Assembly (NCBI GenBank): GCA_963643035.1
Contig: CAVIKO010000004.1
Location: 3,248-67,247, forward strand
Direction: 5' to 3'
Origin: a bacterium
GTDB lineage: Bacteria; Bacillota; Clostridia; Oscillospirales; CAG-272
DNA length: 64,000 nucleotides
Below the pieces are notes generated by a model. It was not told where the DNA came from, ran no database searches, and saw only the letters and a program-made list of their open reading frames with translations. The position numbers and the translations under genes are program-made. Each line of letters opens with the position of its first letter. The stretch's first letter is position 1. This document shows positions 9,210 through 19,460 of the stretch, one piece after another.

Positions 9210-9857
9210 ATGGATACGAAAACGTTGATTGCGAAGGATCTTTTGAAAATTGGTGCGGTGTTCTTCCGTCCGAACGAGCCGTTCACTTGGGCAAGCGGGA
9301 TCAAAAGCCCCGTCTATTGCGACAATCGCCTGACTCTTACCGCTCCGGACGTGCGGAACGACGTGGAAAACGCGATTGCGGAGATGGTAAAACGGGAATT
9401 TCCGGAAGCCGAGGTACTGATGGGTACTTCAACTGCCGGGATCGCCCATGCCGCCATCGCCGCGCATATCCTGGGGCTTCCGATGGGATATGTCCGCTCC
9501 GGCAACAAGGATCACGGAAGACAAAACCGGATTGAGGGCAGACTGGACGCGGGCGAGAAGGTTGTCGTCATCGAGGATCTGATCTCGACAGGAGGCAGCG
9601 TGATCGAGGTCGTGGACGCGCTCCGGGAAGCAGGAGCTGTGGTTCTCGGTGTGGTCAGCATCTTCACCTATGGGATGCAGAAGGGGATCGACCGATTGGC
9701 AGCGGCAGAGGTGCGGAACGTAAGCCTGACGAATTTCGACGCGATCTGCGTGGTGGCAGCGGAAAACGGCTATATCGCGCCCGCAGACATCGATCGGCTG
9801 AAGCATTTCCGCGACAATCCGTCCGATGAAAGCTGGATGCACGCGGCAAAGGAGTGA
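9210..9857 (+). CDS. pyrE: orotate phosphoribosyltransferase
   Basis: PRPP-binding motif [16 protein letters not shown] 9210 lies 8 nt after AGGAG; the ORF-track GTG at 9201 is an alternative start. Confidence 0.9.
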   Translation: MDTKTLIAKDLLKIGAVFFRPNEPFTWASGIKSPVYCDNRLTLTAPDVRNDVENAIAEMVKREFPEAEVLMGTSTAGIAHAAIAAHILGLPMGYVRSGNKDHGRQNRIEGRLDAGEKVVVIEDLISTGGSVIEVVDALREAGAVVLGVVSIFTYGMQKGIDRLAAAEVRNVSLTNFDAICVVAAENGYIAPADIDRLKHFRDNPSDESWMHAAKE

Positions 9858-9861
9858 GAAA

Positions 9862-10791
9862 ATGAGAAGTCTCATCGATATTTTAGAACTGTCTACAACG
9901 GAGATCGACGATCTGATCGGCACGGCGTTCGATATTGAAAAAAATCCCGCGAAATATGCGCATCTCTGTGATGGCAAAAAGCTGGCGACCTTATTCTTTG
10001 AGCCGTCCACGCGCACGAGACTGAGTTTTGAGGCGGCAATGTACGAACTGGGAGGCAATGTACTCGGCTTTTCGGAGGCGCAAAGCTCATCCGCGTCCAA
10101 GGGGGAGAGCGTTGCCGATACCGCAAGGGTTGTGAGCTGCTATGCGGACATCATTGCCATGCGGCATCCCAAGGAGGGTGCACCTCTTGTGGCGTCTCTG
10201 AATGCCTCTGTCCCGGTGATCAACGCCGGAGACGGGGGACACAGCCATCCGACCCAGACGCTCGCTGATCTTTTCACCATCCGCCGGGAAAAGGGCAGAC
10301 TGTCCGATCTCACCGTCGGCTTCTGTGGGGATCTCAAATTCGGACGAACTGTTCATTCTCTGATCGCTGCACTGTCCCGGTACACGGGGATCAAATTTGT
10401 ACTTATTTCCCCGGTGGAGCTGCGGCTGCCGGAATATGTGCGCCGGGATATTCTTGTGAAGGAGCGAATCCCGTATCGTGAAACGGCAAGGTTAGAGGAT
10501 GCAATGCCGGAGCTCGACATCCTTTATATGACGCGCGTCCAGAAGGAACGGTTTGTCAGCGAGGAGGAATACCTCCGTCTGCGCGACACATATATCCTGA
10601 CCGAGGATAAGCTGACCGCAGCAAGGGCGGACATGGCGATCCTTCATCCGCTGCCGCGTGTCAACGAGATTTCTGTGGCAATCGACAAGGATCCGCGCGC
10701 GTGCTATTTTAAGCAGGTGTACTGCGGTAAGCTCATGCGCATGGCGTTGATTCTCATGTTGCTCGGTCTGACACCGGAGAGGGAAGGGTGA
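9862..10791 (+). CDS. pyrB: aspartate carbamoyltransferase catalytic subunit
   Basis: Motifs STRTRLSFE and HPTQ. Start is the internal ATG at 9862 after AAAGGAG. Confidence 0.92.
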   Translation: MRSLIDILELSTTEIDDLIGTAFDIEKNPAKYAHLCDGKKLATLFFEPSTRTRLSFEAAMYELGGNVLGFSEAQSSSASKGESVADTARVVSCYADIIAMRHPKEGAPLVASLNASVPVINAGDGGHSHPTQTLADLFTIRREKGRLSDLTVGFCGDLKFGRTVHSLIAALSRYTGIKFVLISPVELRLPEYVRRDILVKERIPYRETARLEDAMPELDILYMTRVQKERFVSEEEYLRLRDTYILTEDKLTAARADMAILHPLPRVNEISVAIDKDPRACYFKQVYCGKLMRMALILMLLGLTPEREG

Positions 10792-10795
10792 AAAA

Positions 10796-11224
10796 ATGTA
10801 CATTGATTCGATAGAAAATGGGATTGTTCTCGATCATATCACCGCCGGACGGGGCATGCGCGTATACGAAACGCTGGGGCTGGATTCTCTCGGCTGCTCG
10901 GTGGCGATCCTCAAAAACGTGCCGTCCGAAAAGATGGGCAAAAAGGACATTATCAAAATCGGTGCGGAGGTTTCACTGGACAGCATCGACTTTGATGCGC
11001 TCGGCTATGTGGATCCCGGAATCACCGTAAACCGGATTGCGGGCGGTAAATGTGTGGAAAAACGGTGCCTCTCCCGACCGACGGTGCTTCGGAACGTAAT
11101 CTTCTGCAAAAATCCGCGCTGCATCACTTCCACGGAGCAGGAACTGACCCATGTGTTCCGGCTCTGCGGCGAGGGTGAGGGCGAATACCGCTGTCTCTAC
11201 TGCGATACCCCGGCGGAGAAGTAA
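10796..11224 (+). CDS. pyrI: aspartate carbamoyltransferase regulatory subunit
   Basis: 142 aa with a C-terminal Zn-binding Cys pattern (CKNPRCIT...CLYC). Confidence 0.88.
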   Translation: MYIDSIENGIVLDHITAGRGMRVYETLGLDSLGCSVAILKNVPSEKMGKKDIIKIGAEVSLDSIDFDALGYVDPGITVNRIAGGKCVEKRCLSRPTVLRNVIFCKNPRCITSTEQELTHVFRLCGEGEGEYRCLYCDTPAEK

Positions 11225-11230
11225 GAAAAA

Positions 11231-11510
11231 CTAGTCCGGATCCCGCGCCCGCCGCTGTGCGTTTTCGTACGGCGCGTCATCCATCACCGCAATCATTGTA
11301 CAGCGGCAGTTGTACACCTCGCTCGGCTTGCCGTCCGGATCGCCCGGATACATACAGCCGTTGGAAAACCGCTTGTCCCGCTCCACAATCTCGCAGTCCA
11401 GTATGGCGTGAGAATGGCGCGTTCGTCCATCCAGAGTAGCGAGCCATTGCTTCTGAAACGAATTCCCCTGCACCAACCGGAAAAACAGAGGGTGCAGGGG
11501 ATATTTCCTC
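11231..11510 (-). pseudogene. C-terminal fragment of a phage head-morphogenesis protein (SPP1 gp7 / Mu F family)
   Basis: WLATLDGRTRHSHAILDCE...PSEVYNCRCTMIAV matches the conserved family C-terminus. There is no credible N-terminus, because the upstream part of the ORF overlaps the neighbouring gene. Confidence 0.55.
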
Positions 11511-13058
11511 TTACAGTGTTGTAAACCGTGCGGAGACGATGTTGTTCTCGGACAGGATCGTTTTCGCGTCACGGAACGTGCCTTTTTCGAGAGTGATCCG
11601 GTATGTCCGTCCACCGTAGGAGAGGGTCAGTTCTTTCTCAGTTAATGATACAACCTTGGGCAGATGACCGCCATCCTTGCCGATGCAGTTTTCCAACCGG
11701 AACGCGCGATCCGCGGTACAGACGAACAGATTGTCGCGCATACCGAATACGATGCTGCCGAAATTGACCCGCGCTTTGCCCTCGCCAAGATCGGTAAACT
11801 CCATTTTTTCATATGCGAAAGGCGCGCCGGTCGTTTCGTCCACGGGATAGAGTCCCGCTGTCACGCCGTTTCCACTGTAGCGGTTCCCGTCGACGGCGGG
11901 AAGCGTTTCGTACACAGCTTCGTTCGCAGTGCATACGGCGTTCTCGAACGGATCGGGCATATGCTCATCGAAAATATGGAGATCCCGGACGCGCACCGAT
12001 TTTTTGTCGCCGTAGAGGTTCGTACGGAAGAATTTGTCGGAAAACCACACGGAATCAAGGTTGGGATCGTCCCATGCACCGTGCGCCGTGATTGTGGACG
12101 CCGGGGTTGTGCCATACGTTTCCTTGTACCACCGTCCGGTGTCCCCGAGTGGCTCCACAGTGAGCTTTCCCGCTTTCTGCAGCGCGGCGAATTTTGCAAA
12201 CTGATCGGTCAATCCATCCCGCATGGCATTCCAGCCGAAGCTGTTTTCCTGTCCCGCCTGCGCGTAACCAAAACTGAGACATTCGCCGTTATAGTTTTCA
12301 CGCAAGTACCAATCAACCCACTCCGGGACGCCGCCGCCGCCACCGTTCCCGCCACAGTACACAGGCTCGAGCGTGATGACGCCTTGACAGGTGTTCGCGC
12401 CGTTTTCGGGATCCATACCGAAATCATACTGATGCACCTGGTCGGAGCCGAGCATCCGGAAGAGCGGAGTGGGAAGCTGTTCATCCTTTGTCTGTGCCGG
12501 CATGAACGCATTGGTCGTGCTTGGGTAATACGCCTGTCCGTAATAGCTGCCCCAGAGCGTGTAGCCGTCCGTGCCATACTGCTCCTTGCAGTTGCAAAGC
12601 GCGTCCATGTCGTATTTGCGCGTCATGTAGCGGACAGTGTGAGAATCAAAGAGCCATGAGCCGAATACACGCGGATACTGCCCGAACACTTCCCGGAATT
12701 TGCGGAAGAATTCATCGATCATCGCCTCGCGTTCCGGCTTGGTGTATCCGACTGGGAATCCGCAGTGGCAGTGCCAGTCCCATGCCCAACGACCGGTCCA
12801 TGGAATATTACACGCGTCGGTCAGAGGCTTTACAATCTCGTGCCAGATGCCGATCTCGTACCGTGCGGGATCAAGGGATTTCAAAAGATCCGTGTAATCC
12901 GGCAGAAGAAGCGCGTCGTATTGAATGAGAAATGTGGCGCGCAGGTCGTTTTTATCGATGAGCCGGATCTGCTCCCGTACAACCTCCATAAGATCGACAT
13001 CGGACCGCGGCTCCACGGCACGGATGAAGTTGACGATATTGATAATTTGTCTCTTCAT
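11511..13058 (-). CDS. conserved hypothetical protein, possibly carbohydrate-active (function unknown)
   Basis: 515-aa ORF starting MKRQIINIVNFIRAVEPR after GAGG. It has no signal peptide and an internal glycine run (CGGNGGGGGVPEW). I do not recognise the family with confidence. Confidence 0.8.
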   Translation of the reverse strand: MKRQIINIVNFIRAVEPRSDVDLMEVVREQIRLIDKNDLRATFLIQYDALLLPDYTDLLKSLDPARYEIGIWHEIVKPLTDACNIPWTGRWAWDWHCHCGFPVGYTKPEREAMIDEFFRKFREVFGQYPRVFGSWLFDSHTVRYMTRKYDMDALCNCKEQYGTDGYTLWGSYYGQAYYPSTTNAFMPAQTKDEQLPTPLFRMLGSDQVHQYDFGMDPENGANTCQGVITLEPVYCGGNGGGGGVPEWVDWYLRENYNGECLSFGYAQAGQENSFGWNAMRDGLTDQFAKFAALQKAGKLTVEPLGDTGRWYKETYGTTPASTITAHGAWDDPNLDSVWFSDKFFRTNLYGDKKSVRVRDLHIFDEHMPDPFENAVCTANEAVYETLPAVDGNRYSGNGVTAGLYPVDETTGAPFAYEKMEFTDLGEGKARVNFGSIVFGMRDNLFVCTADRAFRLENCIGKDGGHLPKVVSLTEKELTLSYGGRTYRITLEKGTFRDAKTILSENNIVSARFTTL

Positions 13059-13091
13059 GATAGATACCTCATAAAAATAAACTTGCAATGA

Positions 13092-13385
13092 CGGAGAAAA
13101 AGGTGTATACTTACCCTATATGAAAAATCGCGGAAAAATACAGAACATGGCAGAAAGCGTTCGTCCCTAACTTCCGCCGGATCGATCCGCATCAACGCGA
13201 TGCTGTCTGCCATGGAGCCGGAGATCGGGACATACGTCCTTACGCACGAGCTGTCTCACCTGCGGTATAGGAACCACAGAACGGCATTCTGGACGCAGGT
13301 CGAGATGTGGCTGCCGGGAACGCGGGAATTGCGGGAAAGACTGCGGCGGGCAGAGAGACGGCTTGCCCGTCAGAAATGGGAGTGA
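13092..13385 (+). pseudogene. C-terminal remnant of a YgjP-like (DUF45/M48-type) metallopeptidase
   Basis: HELSHLRYRNHRTAFWTQV matches the HExxH...NHS..FW signature. Only about 95 codons are open, and the first ATG is at 13200. The N-terminal two-thirds of a typical family member are missing. Confidence 0.55.
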
Positions 13386-13390
13386 ACGAT

Positions 13391-14044
13391 ATGGGAAACC
13401 GAGTGGATTACGGTAAAATTCTGGAAAAAACGCTCGCGGAGATCGGCGTGCGCGAGACAAAGCCAACACTTCTCTTACACGCGTGCTGTGCGCCATGCTC
13501 TTCCTACACACTCGAATACCTTTCACCCTATTTCCGTCAGATTGACGTGTTCTTTTACAATCCGAACATCTCTCCGGCGTCGGAATACGAGACGAGGCTT
13601 GCGGAGCTGAAACGGCTGACGCGCGAGGTGTCGTATGGCTGTCCGATCACGGTAATCGACGGACGGTATGAGCCGGAACGGTTTTACGAGATGGCGCGCG
13701 GACTCGAAAATTTGCCGGAGGGGGACAGGCGGTGCTACCTCTGCTACGAAATGCGTTTGACAGAAACGGCGAGATTGGCGCGGGACGGTGGGTACGACTA
13801 TTTTACGACCACTCTGTCGATCAGCCCCTATAAGAACGCTGTGTGGCTCAATGAGATCGGTACGCAGGCGGCGGCAGAGATCGGTGGAGTATATCTGACC
13901 TCGGATTTCAAAAAGCGTGGTGGCTATCAGCGATCGATCGTGCTATCCCGGGAATACGGACTGTATCGACAGGATTTCTGCGGCTGCGTCTTTTCCAAAC
14001 GGGACGTGGAAAAACGGCGGTTGGCGCGGGAAAACACAATATGA
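13391..14044 (+). CDS. queH: epoxyqueuosine reductase QueH (DUF208)
   Basis: Motifs LLLHACCAPCSSY, CYLCY, TTTLSISPYKN and FCGCVFS. Start at ATG 13391 after GGGAG. Confidence 0.85.
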   Translation: MGNRVDYGKILEKTLAEIGVRETKPTLLLHACCAPCSSYTLEYLSPYFRQIDVFFYNPNISPASEYETRLAELKRLTREVSYGCPITVIDGRYEPERFYEMARGLENLPEGDRRCYLCYEMRLTETARLARDGGYDYFTTTLSISPYKNAVWLNEIGTQAAAEIGGVYLTSDFKKRGGYQRSIVLSREYGLYRQDFCGCVFSKRDVEKRRLARENTI

Positions 14045-14048
14045 AACG

Positions 14049-14083
14049 ACGATCCGGGAAAAGGGTATTTCCCGGATCGTTTG
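14049..14083. terminator. strong hairpin between convergent queH and the esterase gene
   Basis: ACGATCCGGGA (14049-14059) pairs perfectly with TCCCGGATCGT (14070-14080) over 11 bp. The flanking T/A runs are short. Confidence 0.6.
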
Positions 14084-14094
14084 ATTATAGGAGA

Positions 14095-14880
14095 TTACCG
14101 TCCCGCGTGGAGCCACGCAAGCACAGTCTGGATCTTCTCATCCCAGCATTTCCAGTTGTGATTTCCGGCGGACTCCTCATAGGTGAAGTCCTCCCAACCG
14201 ATGCTGTTCAGGTGATCGCGCATGGCGACACTTTGCGTGTACAGACTGTCCTCGGTGCCGCACCACATATAAAGACGCGGCAGGGGATTGCCATCCCGCA
14301 CCAAACGACTTGAGAGTGTGATCAGATCGTTTTCGCTGCCGTTGAAATCGTTCAGCGTGCCAAAAATATCCTGCCAGAACGGTTCCTTATCTCTGCCGAA
14401 CCGCAACAATGGCATATACGCGCCGGACAGACCCGCAGCGGCACTGTATTGCTCCGGATACGTCATGGCCAGCGCGTATGCGCCGTAGCCGCCCATCGAC
14501 AGTCCGGCAATATAGGTGTCCTCGCGCTTCTGGGAAATGCGTGGGAAGAAGTCGTGGCAGATCGTCGGCAGTTCCTCACCGATGTAGGTGCGCCACCGTC
14601 TGCCGTGTTTCATATTCGTGTACCAGCCCAGCTCCGTGGTCGGCATCACAACAGCGATCCCGCACTCGTCCGCATACCGCTCGATGGAGGTACGGCGACT
14701 CCAGATCGTTTGGTCATCGCTCATACCGTGGAGAAGGTATAGTACAGGGTAGGTCACATCCACATCCGCGGTGTCCACACCGATCAGTCCGCGCGTTCCG
14801 GTCGTCTGCGGGAGGATCACGTTCATCGCGGTAGCGACTCCCAGTACCGTAGAGAAAAAGTTTACCTGTAAAAATGCCAT
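14095..14880 (-). CDS. esterase family protein (esterase D / tributyrin esterase-like)
   Basis: LYLLHGMSDD and the nucleophile elbow GLSMGG. Confidence 0.85.
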   Translation of the reverse strand: MAFLQVNFFSTVLGVATAMNVILPQTTGTRGLIGVDTADVDVTYPVLYLLHGMSDDQTIWSRRTSIERYADECGIAVVMPTTELGWYTNMKHGRRWRTYIGEELPTICHDFFPRISQKREDTYIAGLSMGGYGAYALAMTYPEQYSAAAGLSGAYMPLLRFGRDKEPFWQDIFGTLNDFNGSENDLITLSSRLVRDGNPLPRLYMWCGTEDSLYTQSVAMRDHLNSIGWEDFTYEESAGNHNWKCWDEKIQTVLAWLHAGR

Positions 14881-14993
14881 AATCCATACCTGCCTTTATA
14901 AAAAGTTTTTGATCTAAAGTTGATTGATACAGCGATTCCTCAGAAAGCCGCTGAACGGATGTATGCAGCGATTCCCCAGGAAGATCTTTCATT

Positions 14994-15506
14994 TTATGGT
15001 GCAGAACTGTCGCCCTTTTTTTGCTTGAATCGGGTGCATAGCCGGTATAAGAGGACGAATATTCCGCTGCCGAGCAGCACCCCCGCTGTATCGATGCACA
15101 CATCGCGCACCTGACACGCTCTGCCGGGGACAAAATACTGGTGCAGTTCATCACTCGCCGCGTAGAAGATTCCGCATAACACCGCATAGGTCATGCGTTT
15201 CCATTGCGGAATTGCCGGAGGCACTGTCCACGCGAACGAGAGGGAAAATCCCAGCACGGTGTAAAGGGAAAAATGCGCACACTTACGGATGCAGAAATTA
15301 AGCAGAGAATACAGCTCACTGTTTCGGACAATGGCGTCCGTGTCCGCTACTTGAAAAAAACGGATAAGCCAGAGCATTGTTTCGCTGCTGGATTGTGCGG
15401 AGGCAGTCGCGTCCTCGGCGGAAAAATGGAAAATGAGTGCCATGAGCAGGATTGCCGGGAGAATCCGCCACAGCCTTTTCCGCACTGCGCTGTTGCCTTT
15501 TTCCAC
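14994..15506 (-). CDS. VanZ family protein
   Basis: Membrane protein with the SDELHQYFVPGR motif. GTG start after AAAGGAG. Confidence 0.8.
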   Translation of the reverse strand: MEKGNSAVRKRLWRILPAILLMALIFHFSAEDATASAQSSSETMLWLIRFFQVADTDAIVRNSELYSLLNFCIRKCAHFSLYTVLGFSLSFAWTVPPAIPQWKRMTYAVLCGIFYAASDELHQYFVPGRACQVRDVCIDTAGVLLGSGIFVLLYRLCTRFKQKKGDSSAP

Positions 15507-15840
15507 GATGCGCTCTCCTTTCCGTTACTGTGATTTTCGATGGATACGCTGTATGCATCAGCGTTTTTTAATAGTATAGCACAGATGGTGGCACATTTAT
15601 ATAGATTTTTGTGCATTTTTCGAAAATTTTTCTGCCAATGAAAAAGGTGCATCCATCAATCCTTTGTGTGGAAAAACTTACGCGTATGATGCCAAAACAT
15701 CTGTAAGGAGATGCCGGATAAATCCGCTCTATATATCTGTGTTTTCAGAATCCACGTTTTCCTGCATCGGCATGAATCGCACCAATTGTACGGATGACGA
15801 AAAAAACACAGGAATTTTGACATACGACTGCGGTTTATTG

Positions 15841-15869
15841 TTGCATTTGCTGGAGAAGTATGCTATACT
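15841..15869 (+). promoter_or_regulatory. promoter upstream of the SGNH hydrolase gene
   Basis: TTGCAT (15841-15846), a 17-nt spacer, then TGcTATACT (-10 at 15864-15869). Confidence 0.55.
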
Positions 15870-16005
15870 ACCGATAGAACAAATTTAGGAGACACTGATT
15901 TTAGGTGGATTTACCATCAAGAAACTTTTGAATTTCAAGGCTTTTGATGCAAAAACGCAAAAGATTCAGTGCATTCCTGTTAAAAAGAAAAGCGAGGAAA
16001 GCAGT

Positions 16006-17064
16006 ATGCGTATTGAAGATATCGACAAGAACCTAAAAGTGGAGACGAATATCCAGAGAGACGACCTTGTCTGGTTAGATGTCCGTGAGGCTCCGTTTGC
16101 GATCCATGGACTCTATCATCCGACCGAGCCGGGCGCATTCCACAGACTGGATTTTGCCGTGGCAGAGGCGACGAACGAAGGTGTATCCGGATTGAACTGG
16201 CATACCGCAGGCGGCAGAATCCGTTTTGCCACCGATTCTCCGTATATCGCCATCCAGTCCGTACAGCCTGCCTCCGCAACAATGTCCCACATCACAAAGC
16301 TGGGACAGTCCGGATTCGATCTGTACACGCAGAAGGACGGCAGCTACCGCTACATCGCCTCTTTGATCCCGCCGTATGGACTGCTCCCCGGTTTTTCTGC
16401 GATTGCAGAATACGGTAATGTGGGAATGCGCGATTATACGATCCATATGCCGCTGTACGACGGCGTGAAGGAATTGTACATAGGGCTGGCAAAGGGTTCC
16501 GATATCCAACCGGCTGCGCCGTATACACACAAGAATCCCGTACTCTACTATGGTTCCTCCATCACACAGGATGGATGCGCTTCCCGACCGGGCAACGGTT
16601 ATCAGGCGATGATCGCACGCAAATACGACGCGGACTTTATCAATCTCGGCTTTTCTGGATCCGCGCGCGGCGAAAAGGTTATGGCGGAATATCTGGCGTC
16701 TATCCCCTGCTCCGTTTTCGTTTGCGATTACGACCACAACGCGCCGTCCGTGGAACATCTCCGGAATACACACGAGCCGCTTTACCGCACCTTCCGCGCC
16801 GCACAGCCGAATACCCCGATTGTATTCGTATCGAAGCCCGACTTCCGTCCCGGCACAGAGGATGAGGCGCGGCGGGAAGTAATCCGTTCGACCTATGAAA
16901 AGGCGGTCGCGGAGGGGGATAAAAACGTATACTTCATCGATGGCGAGACTCTGTTCGAGGGCGAATGGCGCGATTCCTGCACCGTGGACGGCTGTCATCC
17001 GAACGATCTCGGCTTTTCCCGTATGGCGACCGTGATCGGAAACGTGGTCGGGCCACTGCTCTGA
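16006..17064 (+). CDS. SGNH/GDSL hydrolase family protein (carbohydrate esterase-like)
   Basis: Block I YYGSSITQ and block V DGCHPND. Start is the internal ATG at 16006 after GAGGAAAG. No signal peptide. Confidence 0.85.
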   Translation: MRIEDIDKNLKVETNIQRDDLVWLDVREAPFAIHGLYHPTEPGAFHRLDFAVAEATNEGVSGLNWHTAGGRIRFATDSPYIAIQSVQPASATMSHITKLGQSGFDLYTQKDGSYRYIASLIPPYGLLPGFSAIAEYGNVGMRDYTIHMPLYDGVKELYIGLAKGSDIQPAAPYTHKNPVLYYGSSITQDGCASRPGNGYQAMIARKYDADFINLGFSGSARGEKVMAEYLASIPCSVFVCDYDHNAPSVEHLRNTHEPLYRTFRAAQPNTPIVFVSKPDFRPGTEDEARREVIRSTYEKAVAEGDKNVYFIDGETLFEGEWRDSCTVDGCHPNDLGFSRMATVIGNVVGPLL

Positions 17065-17097
17065 ACCCTACCCATACGATGCAAAGGAGAGATTTTC

Positions 17098-19449
17098 ATG
17101 CGCGAAAAACTGCTGTTTGACGATGGTTGGCGATTCCATCTTGGGGAAATTCCAAAGAACCGTCCGGTCGCAAAAGGACCGATGTACACGAGTGCCAAGA
17201 CGGAGAGGGAACGGTGGGGCGGCGCGGCGATCCATCATAACGACAATCCCGATGACTATTCCTCCGGCGAGCTGTGTACGGAAACCTGGCAGAATGTCGT
17301 TCTGCCGCACGATTTTGTAATCTCCGGCACGTTTTCGCCGGGCAATAATTCCACGCTCGGCTATCTGCCCTATGGGGTCGGCTGGTACCGCAAGCATTTT
17401 CGCGTGACCGAGGCGGATCGAAAACGGCGGCTGACGCTTTATTTTGAGGCAGTTGCGAACCGGTGTACCGTCTATTGCAACGGCTCTCCGATTGTCCGCA
17501 ACCACTGCGGCTACAACAGCTTCTTCGCGGACATCACGGATTTTGTGCGCTATGACACGGATAATGTGCTTGCCGTATTTGTGGACGCGACGGAACATGA
17601 GGGCTGGTGGTATGAGGGTGGCGGCATCTATCGGCATGTATGGCTGTACAAGACAGAACCCGTCCACATCGCGCCGTATGGCGTATTTATCAAGCCGCGG
17701 AAAACAGATGCCGGCTGGCTTGTCGAGGTGGAGACGGAGATTGCAAACGATGGTGACACAAATGCGGAGGGCATGGTCACGCATACCGTATACGACCGGG
17801 ACGGAAATGCCGTTGCCGGAGGAATTGCCGGATATGCCGTGGACGCCAGAGATACCGGGGTGGCAAAATCCGCCTTTGCTCTGCCAGACGCACATCTGTG
17901 GGATCCGGACGATCCGTATCTCTATACGTGCGAGACGACGTTGCAGTTCGGGGATACTCCCGTAAACGGAGTGAGTGCGGTGGACGCGGTGACGGATCGC
18001 TTTGGCTGCCGGACGTTTGTCTGTGATCCGGATAAGGGACTGTACATCAACGGAAGGCACGTGAAAATCCGCGGGGTGTGCGGCCATTATGACTGCGGAT
18101 TGCTTGGCAAGGCGGTGCCGGACAACGTGTTCCGCTATAAGGTGCGCCTGATGCGGGAGATGGGGGCTAACGGCTATCGCACAAGTCATTATCCGCAGGC
18201 AGAGGCGTTGATGGATGCCTTTGACGAGGCGGGCTTTATCGTCATGGATGAAACGCGCTGGTTCTCCTCCGCGCCGGAGCATATGGCGGAGCTTGCCATG
18301 CTTGTGAAGCGCGATCGGAATCATCCGTCCGTGTTCTTCTGGTCGGTCGGGAATGAGGAAGTCGTATTCACAACCGACCAGGGAAGAAGAATCGCCGCGT
18401 CTATGATGGCACTGGTCACCAAGCTCGACCCGACGCGACCGGTGACGGCTGCCTGCGACCGACCGGACAAAACAACCATTTACGACGATGTGGATGTGAT
18501 CGGCGTGAATTACAATCTTCAGCATTTCGATATGCTCCATGAACACTTTCCGACCAAGGCGATCTTTTCCTCGGAAAACTGTGCGACAGGTACGACCCGC
18601 GGATGGTACAGCGACGACGATCCGGCGTACGGCTATATCAGTGCGTACGACGCAATTCCGCGCGGTACCGGATTTATGGCGCGTGAACTGACATGGAAGT
18701 TTATCGCTGCGCGGGATTATATCATGGGCGGCTACCAGTGGATTGCGTTTGAACATCGGGGAGAGACGGTGTGGCCCCGGTTATGCAGTCAATCGGGGGC
18801 GATCGATCTGTTTCTGCAGAAGAAAGACGCGTTCTGGCAGAATAAGTCCCATTGGACGACGGAGCCGATGGTGCATCTGCTGCCGCACTGGAATTTCCGG
18901 GGACGCGAGGGAGAGCCGATCCGGGTATCCGTGTACACCAACTGCACCGCAGTCGAGCTGCTTCTTGACGAAAGGACGATTGGCATCCGCGAGGTGGAAC
19001 CGTATGGTCACGCGGAATGGACTGTCCCGTATGCTCCCGGCAGACTCACGGCGATCGGATACCGGGACGGCAGGGCGGTCTGTACAGATTTTCGCGAAAC
19101 GACAGACAGAGCAGTTCGGCTTCGGCTGTCCTGCGACAATCCCGAGGATCTTACCGGGAACGGGCAAAATGTCGTGTTCTTTACCTGCACCTGTCTCGAT
19201 GCGGCGGGCAGAGAGGTTCCGGATGCGGCGGCAGAGGTGCGATTCGCAGTCAATCACTGCGGGAAAATCGTGGCGACCGGCTCGGATATAAGCGATCATA
19301 CGCCGCTTTCCTCCCTCACCAGACGGATGCGCGCTGGCAGAATTACGGTGGCGGTACAAATGGCAAGGGCGGAGTCCGGCGAGATGCTTCGATTGTACGC
19401 GGAATCGGACGCGCTGGAATCCGGCTTCCTTGCGGTACAGCTGACATAA
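17098..19449 (+). CDS. glycoside hydrolase family 2 (beta-galactosidase/beta-mannosidase-like)
   Basis: Motifs WWYEGGGIYRHVWL and NHPSVFFWSVGNEE. No signal peptide. Confidence 0.9.
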   Translation: MREKLLFDDGWRFHLGEIPKNRPVAKGPMYTSAKTERERWGGAAIHHNDNPDDYSSGELCTETWQNVVLPHDFVISGTFSPGNNSTLGYLPYGVGWYRKHFRVTEADRKRRLTLYFEAVANRCTVYCNGSPIVRNHCGYNSFFADITDFVRYDTDNVLAVFVDATEHEGWWYEGGGIYRHVWLYKTEPVHIAPYGVFIKPRKTDAGWLVEVETEIANDGDTNAEGMVTHTVYDRDGNAVAGGIAGYAVDARDTGVAKSAFALPDAHLWDPDDPYLYTCETTLQFGDTPVNGVSAVDAVTDRFGCRTFVCDPDKGLYINGRHVKIRGVCGHYDCGLLGKAVPDNVFRYKVRLMREMGANGYRTSHYPQAEALMDAFDEAGFIVMDETRWFSSAPEHMAELAMLVKRDRNHPSVFFWSVGNEEVVFTTDQGRRIAASMMALVTKLDPTRPVTAACDRPDKTTIYDDVDVIGVNYNLQHFDMLHEHFPTKAIFSSENCATGTTRGWYSDDDPAYGYISAYDAIPRGTGFMARELTWKFIAARDYIMGGYQWIAFEHRGETVWPRLCSQSGAIDLFLQKKDAFWQNKSHWTTEPMVHLLPHWNFRGREGEPIRVSVYTNCTAVELLLDERTIGIREVEPYGHAEWTVPYAPGRLTAIGYRDGRAVCTDFRETTDRAVRLRLSCDNPEDLTGNGQNVVFFTCTCLDAAGREVPDAAAEVRFAVNHCGKIVATGSDISDHTPLSSLTRRMRAGRITVAVQMARAESGEMLRLYAESDALESGFLAVQLT

Positions 19450-19460
19450 GGAGGAAAAAG

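Noticed and set aside
15664-15888. 74-aa ORF in the vanZ/SGNH intergenic region
   Set aside because: It has a TTG-type start without an RBS and an odd Cys-rich composition. It overlaps the predicted SGNH promoter and is more likely non-coding.
17068-18756. 562-aa ORF on the minus strand
   Set aside because: It is entirely antisense to the well-supported GH2 gene. The composition is Arg/His/Pro-rich and low-complexity, typical of a stop-free antisense frame in GC-rich coding DNA. It has no RBS.
19017-19460. 148-aa N-terminal extension of the sialidase-like ORF
   Set aside because: It overlaps the 3' end of the GH2 gene in another frame. A strong RBS (GGAGGAAAAAG) precedes the internal ATG at 19461.
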